From Candidatus Poribacteria bacterium (lineage in GTDB: Bacteria > Poribacteria > WGA-4E > GCA-2687025), in NCBI GenBank assembly GCA_963665845.2, contig OY762492.1:2080001-2144000 (forward strand): a stretch of DNA of 64,000 nt, written 5' to 3'. The position numbers and the translations under genes are program-made. How positions within the stretch are numbered: the first letter of the stretch is position 1; every line of letters starts with the position of its first letter. Below the pieces are notes generated by a model that saw only the letters and a program-made list of their open reading frames with translations, ran no database searches and was not told where the DNA came from. Below are positions 1-9,523 of this stretch, piece by piece.

Positions 1-961
1 GCGCCTCGGTCAGCCGATTTTGCGCCGTCAGCGCCGCGCCGAGCGTCGTCCATGCCGCCGTCAGACGCGGGTTGAGCGCGCAGGCGCGTCGGCATTCCCA
101 TTCCGCCTTCTCCATCTCCCCGCGTTTCAGATAAAGAGCCGCCGCGTTCGTCAACAGCGCCGCTCGGCGCGCCGGGTCGGCCGTCTTATGAAGCGCGGTC
201 GTCACGCGCGCCAGCTGGTCGGCAATCGTTTTTTCCTGTTGAAAACGGCGCATCAGTTCGCGCCCGCGCTCAAGGTCGCCGTTTTTGAGAACCGCCCGCG
301 CCAGCCCGTACCGCGCGTCCATCAGCGTCGGGTCGATCTTGAGCGCCGCCTCAAAACGCGCCGCCGCCTCTTGCCACCGCTCCATGCGCGCATAGACGCG
401 GCCGAGTTCGCGCTGCGCCTTCGCCAGACGCGGATTCAGCCGCAGCGCCTCCCGTTGACTGATCAGCGCCGCGTCCAGATTGCCCGCCGCCGTCTGCGCC
501 GCGCCGAGGCGGCTCCAGATCCGCGCGTCCTCTCGATTCAACTGAACGGCGGCTTGGTACGCCTCAACCGCCCCGCCGTAATCGCGCAGCTCCATGCGCG
601 CGTCGCCGAGGGCGGCATGCGTCGTCGGAGCGTCCTGAACAAGCCGAAGCGCGTTTTCATAGGCGCCGACCGCCTTCATGGGCTGACCCAGAGCGGCAAG
701 CGCGAGACCCTTCGCCTCATGCGCCGATGCGCTGTCGGGCTGAAACGCAAGCGCGGCGCGGCACTCCTCCAACGCGCCCGAAGGGTCGCCAATCAGAAGA
801 AGCAGCCGCGCCAGCTGAACGCGCGCGGACGAATCGCTTGGCGCGCGTTGAACCGTCTGCCGCGCCGTTTCCAGCTGTTGAAGCAGATCGCGCCCCTCCG
901 CCGGCGGCGCGCACAGCATCAGACAGAGCGCGGACGCTAACGCCGTTTGAGCGATCCCCAT
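1..961 (-). CDS. Secreted TPR-repeat protein (3' end runs off the window)
   Basis: Not in the ORF track. My minus-strand translation from ATG 961 gives MGIAQTALASALCLMLCAPPAEG (signal-like), then TPR helices (AHEAKGLALAALGQPMKAVGAYENAL; IWSRLGAAQTAAGNLDAALISQREALRLNP). Confidence 0.8.
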   Translation of the reverse strand, partial: MGIAQTALASALCLMLCAPPAEGRDLLQQLETARQTVQRAPSDSSARVQLARLLLLIGDPSGALEECRAALAFQPDSASAHEAKGLALAALGQPMKAVGAYENALRLVQDAPTTHAALGDARMELRDYGGAVEAYQAAVQLNREDARIWSRLGAAQTAAGNLDAALISQREALRLNPRLAKAQRELGRVYARMERWQEAAARFEAALKIDPTLMDARYGLARAVLKNGDLERGRELMRRFQQEKTIADQLARVTTALHKTADPARRAALLTNAAALYLKRGEMEKAEWECRRACALNPRLTAAWTTLGAALTAQNRLTEA

Positions 962-1596
962 TGCGAAGCCAGTTTGCCTTTCGGATCGACGCTCGTCGCG
1001 GCGCCGGGTATCGAGTCGCCCGACACCTTCACATCGTCAAAGCTGGCGACGGTTGTCCATGCCCAGAGACCGACCATGCCGGCGGCGTAGGTGTCGTCCG
1101 TATTCTCCGCCTGTTTTTCGCCGTTGATCCAGAGCGTCAGGGTGTCGCCCGCCGCTTCGACGCTCACATCCAGCCAGACGCCGCGCTCCACCGTAATGTT
1201 TTGCGCCGCGTTGTTGCTGTTGATCGCCTCGCGGGCGGTGAACCCGCCTGCGTTGTGCTGCCACAGCTCCGACTTGTTGTTCGGCACATTCAAGTAATAG
1301 ACGTAGTATTGGAAATCGTCCTGGGCGCGGACGATGAGACCCGCCCAGTTGCCTTCGTCGATGCGCACCTTCGCTTCCAGCGTGTAGTCGGTCCAGTCGG
1401 CGGCGCCGATGAGCGTATGGGCGGCGGCTTCGTCGGCTTTCGTTTGCCGGTAGACGCCGTCCTCCGCCGTCCAGGTTCCGTTGGAGGGGGTCCAGTCGTC
1501 GGCTCCGTCGTCGAATGTCCATGTTTGTTCGCCCGCCAACGCCGTCCATGCGAGTATGCATGCGGCGGCGGCGCAGATTGTCATGCGAATTTTCAT
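937..1596 (-). CDS. Secreted DUF1080/GH16-like beta-sandwich protein with C-terminal WGxLK motif
   Basis: Signal peptide; WTAEDG, DYTLEAKV..AGLIVR, GMVGLW..ASFDDVKV pattern; ends SVDPKGKLASQWGSLKRR. Confidence 0.75.
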   Translation of the reverse strand: MKIRMTICAAAACILAWTALAGEQTWTFDDGADDWTPSNGTWTAEDGVYRQTKADEAAAHTLIGAADWTDYTLEAKVRIDEGNWAGLIVRAQDDFQYYVYYLNVPNNKSELWQHNAGGFTAREAINSNNAAQNITVERGVWLDVSVEAAGDTLTLWINGEKQAENTDDTYAAGMVGLWAWTTVASFDDVKVSGDSIPGAATSVDPKGKLASQWGSLKRR

Positions 1597-1655
1597 TCGC
1601 GTCTCCTTGTTTCTGTTTGATTCTGTTTAAGTCAGCTCCGCTGCGTTTTCATCGG

Positions 1656-2318
1656 TCAGCGCCGTTTCAGCGCCGCCCATTGAGACGCCAGTTTTCCGTT
1701 CGGCTGCACAGAAAGCGTGTCCTCAACATTGTCGCCTGTAATGGTGAGATCGTCGAAGCTCGCTTTGGACGTCCATGACCAGAGTCCGATGGCTCCCGCC
1801 GCGTAGGTCGGGTCGGAGATCTCCGCCTGCAGCTTGTCGTTGATGTAGAGGGCAAAGTCGCCGCCTTCCACTTCAGCTTTCACATGAATCCAATCGCCCC
1901 GCGTGACCTGAACGCCGTCCTTGACAGCGATGTTGGCATTGAGGCCGGTTCGCGCGTCAAAAGCGCCTGGGTTGTGCCGCCAGAGCTCGCTTTTGTTGTT
2001 CGGAACGTTCAGGTAGTAGACATAGTATTGAAACTCGTCCTGCGCCCGAAAGATCAGCCCCGCCCAGTTGCCCTCGTCGATGCGTATTTTCGTGTGAACG
2101 ACATAGTCGTCCCAGTCCGTTTCGCCGACGATGGCATGCGCGGCGACCATGGCTCCGTCGGTCTGTTGAAGAACGCCGTTGTTTGTTTCCCATGTTCCGT
2201 TGGCGATCTGCCAATCGTCGGTTCCGCCGGAGAAGTCCCAGAGTTGCGTTCCTGCGGCTGCAGTTGCCGCTGCCGCGGTTGCGATGAATACGGCGAATGC
2301 GCGTCGGCAATGTTTCAC
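1656..2318 (-). CDS. Secreted DUF1080-like protein, tandem paralog of 937..1596
   Basis: GTG start after AAGGAGG; shares RIDEGNWAGLIxRAQDxFQYYVYYLNVPNNKSELW with its neighbour; ends SVQPNGKLASQWAALKRR. Confidence 0.75.
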   Translation of the reverse strand: MKHCRRAFAVFIATAAAATAAAGTQLWDFSGGTDDWQIANGTWETNNGVLQQTDGAMVAAHAIVGETDWDDYVVHTKIRIDEGNWAGLIFRAQDEFQYYVYYLNVPNNKSELWRHNPGAFDARTGLNANIAVKDGVQVTRGDWIHVKAEVEGGDFALYINDKLQAEISDPTYAAGAIGLWSWTSKASFDDLTITGDNVEDTLSVQPNGKLASQWAALKRR

Positions 2319-2389
2319 TTCCGCCTCCTTTGGTTGCGCTGTTTTTGCATCATACCATAAACGCTGTTTGAATGTACTGCGCGGAGCCG

Positions 2390-4021
2390 TCATCTAAAAG
2401 CGGCGCCGAGCCGAAGATGAACGATCCCTTCCAGCAGCGGCGCGTCCGGCGAGACGCCGTACTGTATCTGCGCCAGCCCCGTCTTCGATTCAAGGTTCGC
2501 GCCGACGCCGTACCCGTATTGCGTTCGGTTTCTGTCCATTTGCCCGATGTCGATAAAAACGAACAGGCGGGATCTAGCCCCGGTCAAAAGGCGGTATTCG
2601 ATGGAACCGAGGCGTCGAACGGCGCCTTCAAACGCGCGCTCGCGGTGTCCGCGGAGGGTGTCGGCGCCGCCCATGCGGAACCGCTCCGCCGGCGGAACCG
2701 CCGACCCGCCGACCGATCCGACCTGCGCCTTTAAAGCGACCGCATGGCGGCGCGCCACGCGCTGAATGCGCTGAACGGACGCCTGAACCCGCTGAAAACG
2801 CGCCCCCCCGACGACAGCGTCCGCGCCGACCGCAACATGCCAGCCCTCCGTCGGGTTGTCTTGAAAACCTTCGCGCGCGTCCCATTCCGCCTCCGCCAGC
2901 AGCCCGTTTCCCGCCAGCCCGTCCGCGCGGAGACGCTGACCCCCCGCGGACGCCCGAAGCCGCGGCGCCGGCGTCCATCCTACCCGCAGGCTTCCCGTTT
3001 CACGATACCCGCCCTGAACGCGCTCCGCGTCCCAGCGCGCCTCCAGATCGACTCTAGAGCCAAACAGAAACGGTTCTCGATACGCCGCTTGCGTTGATCG
3101 GTCGTCTCCCGCCTCCCATCGAAACCGCGCCTGCCGACCCGTTCCAAACAGATTCAGGTCGGACGCTTCCACGGCGCCGATTAGCTGCGGCGCGTCCTCG
3201 TCCGAAAGCGGCGGGGCGTATCCGAGCAGCCCGACGGCGCGAAAAGTCGGCGCCTCCTCAACGCGCGCGCGAAAGCGGATCAAGCCGTCCCGTCCGCCCC
3301 TCTCCATGAGAGCGGGATGGACGGAAGCGAACCAGCCGCAGTTGAGCAAAATTTGCCGCGCATTGTCGATCTGGCGCGGATCGTAAAGGTCGCCCGCGCG
3401 GACAGGCAGGAGCCGAAGGGCGGTTTGGAGACCCGTTTTCTTCAAGCCTTCAAACTGGACGCTTTCGATGCGCGCCTCGACGCCCTCCTCTATTTGGACG
3501 CGCAGATGCGCCTCTCCAGTCTTCGGGTTGGCGCGGACAATCTCGGTGAGCGCGGAGGCGTAGGGTCGTCCGTTTTCGGCGTAACGCCGCGCCAGCCTGT
3601 CCAGCGCGCTGCGCCAGTCGATGGCATGCATCGGCGCGCCTGTTCGGACGCCGAGCGTCTGCGCCGCTTCTTCTTCGGTCAAGGTTTTCAGCCCGACCCA
3701 CTCGATGCTTTGGAGGCGCGCCGTCGGTCCCTCGCGCGCGCGGACGCGGAGAACGCGCGTTCCGTCCGGCAGCCGTTCCACGACCGCTTCCGCTTCCGCA
3801 AACAGCCGCCCCGCCGCTCGATACCGTTCCAAGACGGCGCGCGCCGCCTCCTGCGGGTCTGTATGCGCCGCGGCAGCCCGCCGCAGTTCGTCGGCGGAAA
3901 CGGCGCCGTCCCCCTCAATCTCTATTTCAACGGCCGTATCGGACGGAGCGGCAAACGCGGCGGCGCAGCATATCAGCGCGATCCAACAGCAGACGGCGGC
4001 AGTCCGCAGAGCCGATCTCAT
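2390..4021 (-). CDS. Omp85 family (BamA/TamA-like) outer membrane protein
   Basis: Signal peptide, POTRA-like repeats (IESVQFEGLKKT), NLFGTGRQ barrel start, FRMGGADTLRG (VRGY-like loop 6), C-terminal VHLRLGAAFR. Confidence 0.85.
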   Translation of the reverse strand: MRSALRTAAVCCWIALICCAAAFAAPSDTAVEIEIEGDGAVSADELRRAAAAHTDPQEAARAVLERYRAAGRLFAEAEAVVERLPDGTRVLRVRAREGPTARLQSIEWVGLKTLTEEEAAQTLGVRTGAPMHAIDWRSALDRLARRYAENGRPYASALTEIVRANPKTGEAHLRVQIEEGVEARIESVQFEGLKKTGLQTALRLLPVRAGDLYDPRQIDNARQILLNCGWFASVHPALMERGGRDGLIRFRARVEEAPTFRAVGLLGYAPPLSDEDAPQLIGAVEASDLNLFGTGRQARFRWEAGDDRSTQAAYREPFLFGSRVDLEARWDAERVQGGYRETGSLRVGWTPAPRLRASAGGQRLRADGLAGNGLLAEAEWDAREGFQDNPTEGWHVAVGADAVVGGARFQRVQASVQRIQRVARRHAVALKAQVGSVGGSAVPPAERFRMGGADTLRGHRERAFEGAVRRLGSIEYRLLTGARSRLFVFIDIGQMDRNRTQYGYGVGANLESKTGLAQIQYGVSPDAPLLEGIVHLRLGAAFR

Positions 4022-5130
4022 TGCGGTTCAACGGGGCGTTCCGCTTCCGCTTCTTTCACCGCTCCCCACTGCTCATGCGCCTTGCCCGCAGGGTCAACGG
4101 AGAGAAAGCGGCTCTTGCCCGCATGAACCCAAGTCGCGGCGCCGAACCTGCCGATGCGCACCATCTCCCGCGTGTTTATATGAATGCGGTAAAGTCCGCT
4201 CAGCGGGTTTTGATTGTCGTCAAGAAACAGATGGAATAGAATCCATTTGCTGTCCGCCGACCAATCGTCTACGTATGCCCGCAGTCCGTCTTTGCGGGAT
4301 GTGAGGCGCTCAACATTGGAACCGTCCGGATCCATCATAAAAAGGTCTGTTCCGCGTATCTCTCCTTCCTGCTCTTTCCGGTCGAACGCAGCGAACGCGA
4401 TCTTCTTGCCGTCCGGCGACCATTCAGGCAATCTCTCGGTTGCGGGGCTGTATGTCAGATTCACGACGTTGGAGCCGTCCGCGTTCATCGTATAGAGATG
4501 GTGAGGCCAGTAATCTCCAATGAGACCGAGCGCAGCTCTCTCCTCTTCGCTGACAGTGGAACTGTAAACGATATTCTTGCCGTCTCCAGAGACGGACGCC
4601 CACCATTCATTCTGAAGCGGCGTCTTGGTGAGCCGCTCCAGCGTCGCGTCGCGGATATCCAACGCGTAGATGTCGGAAAACTCAGGGATCGGGTTGTTTC
4701 TGTCGTTGACGCTGCATGCAAGACGCCTCCCGTCTGGAAACCACACTGCAAATGGAATGTAGATGTGTTTGAATCCTTTTTTATTTAGGCGCTCGGTCAT
4801 GTTGATGAGCCGCCCGGTTTCCAGCTCCAAGATGAACATTGTGTACCAACCGAAATCCTCCGTACTAGCGATGAAGGCGGCGCGTTTGCCGTCCCGGCTG
4901 AATCTTGCCGGAAGGTTGAATTCCCCGGTCATCCAGACCCTTTCGTTTTGACCGTCCCAGTCGATGAGTCTAAGCGTGTTTCCGCGCCTGACGCAGATGG
5001 TCGGCTTTTCCAGTTTCGTCACATCTTCCATCGGGACAAAATCTCTTGCCGGCGCGGAAGCGCACAGCAGAAGCGAGAAGACAGCGGACGCGAACGCCGC
5101 CACGGGTTTTGTGAAGGCGGAGAAGGTCAT
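4018..5130 (-). CDS. Secreted TolB-like PD40-repeat beta-propeller with C-terminal motif
   Basis: PEWSPDGKKIAF and LFMMDPDGSNVERLT repeats; ends RFLSVDPAGKAHEQWGAVKE...; stop overlaps the Omp85 start (ATGA). Confidence 0.8.
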   Translation of the reverse strand: MTFSAFTKPVAAFASAVFSLLLCASAPARDFVPMEDVTKLEKPTICVRRGNTLRLIDWDGQNERVWMTGEFNLPARFSRDGKRAAFIASTEDFGWYTMFILELETGRLINMTERLNKKGFKHIYIPFAVWFPDGRRLACSVNDRNNPIPEFSDIYALDIRDATLERLTKTPLQNEWWASVSGDGKNIVYSSTVSEEERAALGLIGDYWPHHLYTMNADGSNVVNLTYSPATERLPEWSPDGKKIAFAAFDRKEQEGEIRGTDLFMMDPDGSNVERLTSRKDGLRAYVDDWSADSKWILFHLFLDDNQNPLSGLYRIHINTREMVRIGRFGAATWVHAGKSRFLSVDPAGKAHEQWGAVKEAEAERPVEPQ

Positions 5131-5225
5131 GCCATGCTCCTTGCGGCATACTCCGTTTTGGAAAAGTCGCTATAACGTCGCTCATACGGGGGGAGATGTC
5201 AAGCGCCGCTATGCCTTTCTGCGCA

Positions 5226-6281
5226 TTAGTCGCCGTCTTGCGGAGTTTGATTATCGCTACGGTCCGCCGCTTTCAACGCTCCCCATTCCGCTTTTTTTTT
5301 ACCCGCCAGGTCAACGGAGAGGAAGCGGCTCTTGCCCGCCAAAACCCAGCGCGGATCGCGCCCCCCATCGAACGTCAGCTGAACAACCTCCTTTGTCTCC
5401 ACATGAACGCGGTACACATTCCATACGGCGCCGTCGACCCATTCCCTTGAACAATAGACAAGCCATTTCCCGCATGGCGACCACCTCGGAGCATAATCAT
5501 AGTTCGGGCTGGTTGTCAGCGGCTCCTTGTTCGAACCGTCCGCGTTCATCACAAAGATGTTGTAATCGGGAAATTCGGAACCGCGGGTTGACGACAACGC
5601 GATTCGTTTGCCGTCGGGAGACCATCTCGGAGCCACGTCATTGCTCGGATCGATGAAGCGGACAGCGCCGCTGCCGTCCGCGTTCATCACATAGATGTCA
5701 TGGTTGTCCTCGCCAGGAATCTGTGCGTCAAACACAATCTTATCCTCAACAGGCGACCATGAAGGTCCCTGATTGAAGTTATCGCGCGCGTTTGTCAGAT
5801 TTGTCAGACGGCCCGACGAAATATCCAGCTTGTAAATATCTGACCATGCTTTCCAATTCCCTTCAGGCAACGGAAAGCCTGCAAGAAGCAGCGAACGGCT
5901 GTCTCTAGACCACGCAGGGGTGTTGAGAGAAAGCTTGCCTTCAAACGGTTTCGTCACAACGTCGACTTGGTTTGTGGACAGGTTGAGAACGTTGACCGCG
6001 TAATTCCCTCCTCCGTAAAATCCGACAATGGCCGCGCGCCTGCCGTCTGGCGACCATTCGACGCCCGCTAGAAAGCGCATTCGCTTGCGCGCGTCGGTCA
6101 TCCACAACCGGTCGTTCTGCCCGTCCCAGTCGATGAGGCGCAGCTCGTATGCCTCGTTGGCTTTGTAAGCGATCGTCGGCCTCTCAAGCCGCAGCACATT
6201 CTCTTTGGGCTTTGGCAGCTGCGCCGCCGCGGAATAAGCCGACAGCAGCGCAACGGTCAGAAAAGATCCTATGAATCGCAT
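5226..6281 (-). CDS. Secreted TolB-like PD40-repeat beta-propeller, paralog of 4018..5130
   Basis: WSPDG repeats; shares LRLIDWDGQNxRxWMT with the paralog; ends RFLSVDLAGKKKAEWGALKA... Confidence 0.8.
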   Translation of the reverse strand: MRFIGSFLTVALLSAYSAAAQLPKPKENVLRLERPTIAYKANEAYELRLIDWDGQNDRLWMTDARKRMRFLAGVEWSPDGRRAAIVGFYGGGNYAVNVLNLSTNQVDVVTKPFEGKLSLNTPAWSRDSRSLLLAGFPLPEGNWKAWSDIYKLDISSGRLTNLTNARDNFNQGPSWSPVEDKIVFDAQIPGEDNHDIYVMNADGSGAVRFIDPSNDVAPRWSPDGKRIALSSTRGSEFPDYNIFVMNADGSNKEPLTTSPNYDYAPRWSPCGKWLVYCSREWVDGAVWNVYRVHVETKEVVQLTFDGGRDPRWVLAGKSRFLSVDLAGKKKAEWGALKAADRSDNQTPQDGD

Positions 6282-6593
6282 CGTCAAAGCCTCCCTCAAT
6301 CGCTGGGAAAGGGAATGCCGTCGGAGCGCGGTTCCGGGGATTGGGATCGTCCGGCTTTCGCTCTGGCTCTAGCGGTTCATGCATCTTGTAGCTGGGCTAT
6401 GAACGAAGCGATCCGCATTGTCAAGTTCTGCCGGATGAATCCGACTTGGTCATACCCTAGCCTAGGTTCGTTTTCGAGTCAACGTCTTTTTTGCCGATGC
6501 GCCAAAAACTTCTCCCAAGCCGTATTGTCATTGTAGCATGAAGTTTCGCCGGCGCAACCATTTCGCGGCGTTTGACAGGGGCGGAGAGGCGGC

Positions 6594-8024
6594 TTATCCC
6601 CGCACAGCGCACGGCGCCATCACGGCGTCCACCATCCCATGCAGCTTTTTCTTGTTCGACGGGCAGACGGTCGCTTGGATGCCGCCCAGCCGCGCCTTCC
6701 CCTCAACCAAGAAATAGTACGGCGTCAGGCGCGCCCGCCCGTCCATCGTCCGTATCTCCTTCGCCTCAAAATCGTAATACGGAACCTGAAACCGCGACCC
6801 TTTATGGTACGGCTGCAAGATATGCGGCGTCGTCGGAAATTGCGACAGCGCATGCTCCAGCGCCGCCCGCCAATCCTCCGCCGACAGGTCATGTCCAACG
6901 ACGACGCCGCGGCTCCCCCATGCATACGGCGAAAAGCCGGACGGCTTCACCACATACTCCCGCTGTTTCTGCGTCGCGCCGCCAAGCTCGCGGAAATCCT
7001 GAACGGGCAGCCCGTTGTGAACAAGCCCATGAACGACCGCATGCGGCGGAAGCGGCGACGGGTCCAGAACCCATGTCTTCGGCAGCAGGCTCTGCAGGTT
7101 CAGCAGCGCCTCGCCCGACAGCTCGCGCCTCCAGAACGGCTGTAGCGCCGGGTGATGAAACAGCGCAAACAGCAGCTTCTCCTCCAGATAAGCCTTCGGC
7201 GGCGGCGTCATCGGCGTTTCATTCTTGCGCGCCGCGTAAAGCATCAGATCCGCTTTCGGGATCGCCGCCAGATCAAACAGCTCAAAAAAGCGGTAGAGGA
7301 TGTCGACGGGAGTCCGCCCGCCGCTTCCGTTCTCTAAACAGACGCCGATCTCATCCTCGTAGCGCAGCTCTCTTGGATGGACGGTTCGCGTCTGGACGCC
7401 CTGCTCGGTCAGCTTCGGCGCGAGCCATTCCATTTCGGGGCGGTAATCGCCCGCCTCGTCCGATACGGCGACGGCGGCGGTCGGGTTCTCTTTCTTGGCG
7501 GCGGAACGGAGCGCGTCCGCCATCGCCTCGACAACGCCGTTCTCTCCCCCGATCACGTTCGCATGCGCGCCGCTGTAAATCTCGTTCAAAAAAGCGGTGA
7601 ACCCGATCCCGCCCGGCACCGAGTCCAGCTCCGCGATGGCGCAGCCGTTCGGCGTCGGCAGAACGTCGGGGCGTATAACAAGCGGCAGGCGGCTTTTGAA
7701 CCGATTCATACGCCCGTATTTGACGACCGTTTCATCTTTGCCTTGGTCAAGCAGCTCCGCCGCCCATTCGGGCTGAAGTCCGCGCACAGAATGGGAATAC
7801 AGCAGATTGCAGGCGGCGTAAAATTCCGCCAGATGCGTTCCAAGCCGCTCATACCATGCGAGCCGCTCCGCCGAGATCCAGAACGGGTCGGGCGAGACGC
7901 GCCATGAGGCGTTCGAGTCGGGATGCGTCGGGCGCTGTTCGCCCGTGTAGAGCGCGTGTTCCGCGAGCCGTTCGTTGACGGCGAGGGCGCGCCGCGCCGC
8001 GTCTTGTGTTGTAGAGATTTCCAT
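6594..8024 (-). CDS. Circularly permuted ATP-grasp ligase-like protein (GspS/glutathione synthetase-type fold), substrate unknown
   Basis: IRPD...IAELDSVPGGIG metal/ATP motif, LEEKLLFAL, YVVKPSG...WGSRGV, ILQPY. Confidence 0.65.
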   Translation of the reverse strand: MEISTTQDAARRALAVNERLAEHALYTGEQRPTHPDSNASWRVSPDPFWISAERLAWYERLGTHLAEFYAACNLLYSHSVRGLQPEWAAELLDQGKDETVVKYGRMNRFKSRLPLVIRPDVLPTPNGCAIAELDSVPGGIGFTAFLNEIYSGAHANVIGGENGVVEAMADALRSAAKKENPTAAVAVSDEAGDYRPEMEWLAPKLTEQGVQTRTVHPRELRYEDEIGVCLENGSGGRTPVDILYRFFELFDLAAIPKADLMLYAARKNETPMTPPPKAYLEEKLLFALFHHPALQPFWRRELSGEALLNLQSLLPKTWVLDPSPLPPHAVVHGLVHNGLPVQDFRELGGATQKQREYVVKPSGFSPYAWGSRGVVVGHDLSAEDWRAALEHALSQFPTTPHILQPYHKGSRFQVPYYDFEAKEIRTMDGRARLTPYYFLVEGKARLGGIQATVCPSNKKKLHGMVDAVMAPCAVRG

Positions 8025-8348
8025 CTACCGCGCTTTCTTGAAAGGCAGCCGCGCCGCGTTCGGCTGAACGGCGCGCGCCGCAATGTTGAGCTCCTGAAGC
8101 AGTTCCCGCAGGGGCGCCTGAAGCGACGCGCTGACGCTCGCCACCGTTTCAATCTGCGAATTGGCGCACGCTGGACAGTTCAGCCCGTACCGCTTGAAAA
8201 CGGCGGCGCATGCCGGAAAACGTTGGATCGCCTCCGCGACGGTCGTATTCGGACCGATGAGGCCGTCCGCGGCGGGGCGCGTCGGACGCTTCGGCGGCTC
8301 CGCGCCGACAATCTGATAAAGTATGTCGTTCTCTCGGTCTGACGGCAT
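8025..8348 (-). CDS. DUF1858-like small CxxC redox/Fe-S domain protein
   Basis: IGPNTTVAEAIQRFP...VFKRYGLNCPACANSQIETV...LLQELN; stop abuts the ATP-grasp ATG. Confidence 0.75.
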   Translation of the reverse strand: MPSDRENDILYQIVGAEPPKRPTRPAADGLIGPNTTVAEAIQRFPACAAVFKRYGLNCPACANSQIETVASVSASLQAPLRELLQELNIAARAVQPNAARLPFKKAR

Positions 8349-8360
8349 CGTTTTCTTTCG

Positions 8361-9083
8361 TTAATACTGATCATACGGGCGCCACAGCTCTTCGCCGCTG
8401 TCTTCCCGTTTCGCTTCCCGCAGCTGCTCCACCTGCGTTTCAAGGTTGCGCACCCGCTCCAAGAGGCATCCAAGCGCGTTCACCACAGGGTCGGGCAGGT
8501 TGTCATGGTCCAGGTCGATGGCGTCGTCGGTCGGTTCGCCGTCTCGGTACGCGATTCGCCCCGGCACCCCGACGACGACCGAGTTGGGCGGCACATCCTT
8601 GACGACGACGGAGCCGGCGCCGATGCGCGCCCTGTCGCCGATCAGAACGGGACCGAGAATGGCGGCGCCCGCGCCGATAACCGCATTGTCGCCGACGGTC
8701 GGGTGCCGTTTCGTTTTTTCCATGCTCCGCCCGCCGAGCGTGACCCCATGGTAGATCGTCACATTGTCGCCGATTTCAGCCGTCTCCCCGATCACAACGC
8801 CCATCCCATGGTCAATGAACAGCCCATGCCCGATCTGCGCGGCGGGGTGTATTTCGATGCCGGTGAAGAACCGCGCGCATGCCGAGATGAACTTCGCGGG
8901 CAGCCTCAGCCGCATTTTCCATAGGCGGCTGGCGATGCGGTGGGACGCCAACGCCTTCCATCCAGGGTAGGTGACGAGGATGTCCCAAACGCCTCTTGCC
9001 GCCGGGTCTCGGCTCATGGCCGCCTGTATGTTTAAGCGGACGGCTCGAAACCATCCGACCTTCGTTCGCTTCGTTTCTTCGAT
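8361..9083 (-). CDS. cysE: Serine O-acetyltransferase; start proposed at ATC 9083 (first ATG is at 9017)
   Basis: [39 protein letters not shown], hexapeptide repeats. Confidence 0.95.
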   Translation of the reverse strand: MEETKRTKVGWFRAVRLNIQAAMSRDPAARGVWDILVTYPGWKALASHRIASRLWKMRLRLPAKFISACARFFTGIEIHPAAQIGHGLFIDHGMGVVIGETAEIGDNVTIYHGVTLGGRSMEKTKRHPTVGDNAVIGAGAAILGPVLIGDRARIGAGSVVVKDVPPNSVVVGVPGRIAYRDGEPTDDAIDLDHDNLPDPVVNALGCLLERVRNLETQVEQLREAKREDSGEELWRPYDQY

Positions 9084-9163
9084 GACCCTGCTCCTTTTAA
9101 AAAAACCGCCCAGAAGCCCCTTCGCCTTATGTTACCTTTAATTTGCCGCGCGCGTCTTTTTAA

Positions 9164-9523
9164 TCATCCTAAACCGACGGCGATGCCTAAGATTCCCGCT
9201 TACGCGGGAATGACGCCGCGCGGGGCGGAGGCTTTTCCGCTGATCATCCTAAACCGACGGCGATGCCTAAGATTCCCGCTTACGCGGGAATGACGCCGCG
9301 CGGGGCGGAGGCTTTTCCGCTGATCATCCTAAACCGACGGCGATGCCTAAGATTCCCGCTTACGCGGGAATGACGCCGCGCTGGGATGACGCCGCGCGGG
9401 GCGGAGGCTTTTCCGTTGATTAGCCTAAACCGACGGCGATGCCTAAGATTCCCGCTTACGCGGGAATGACGCCGCGCGGGGCGGAGGCTTTTCCGCTGAT
9501 CATCCTAAGCCGACGGCGATGCC
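9164..9523 (-). repeat. Tandem array of about 80-bp units, each with the CGTCATTCCCGCGTAAGCGGGAATC palindrome (4 hairpins)
   Basis: Units start at 9164, 9244, 9324 (with a 16-nt internal duplication) and about 9420; a fifth partial unit is the 3' end of CDS 9500..9796. Confidence 0.95.

Noticed and set aside
20-940. 306-aa plus-strand ORF
   Set aside because: Antisense shadow of the minus-strand TPR gene.
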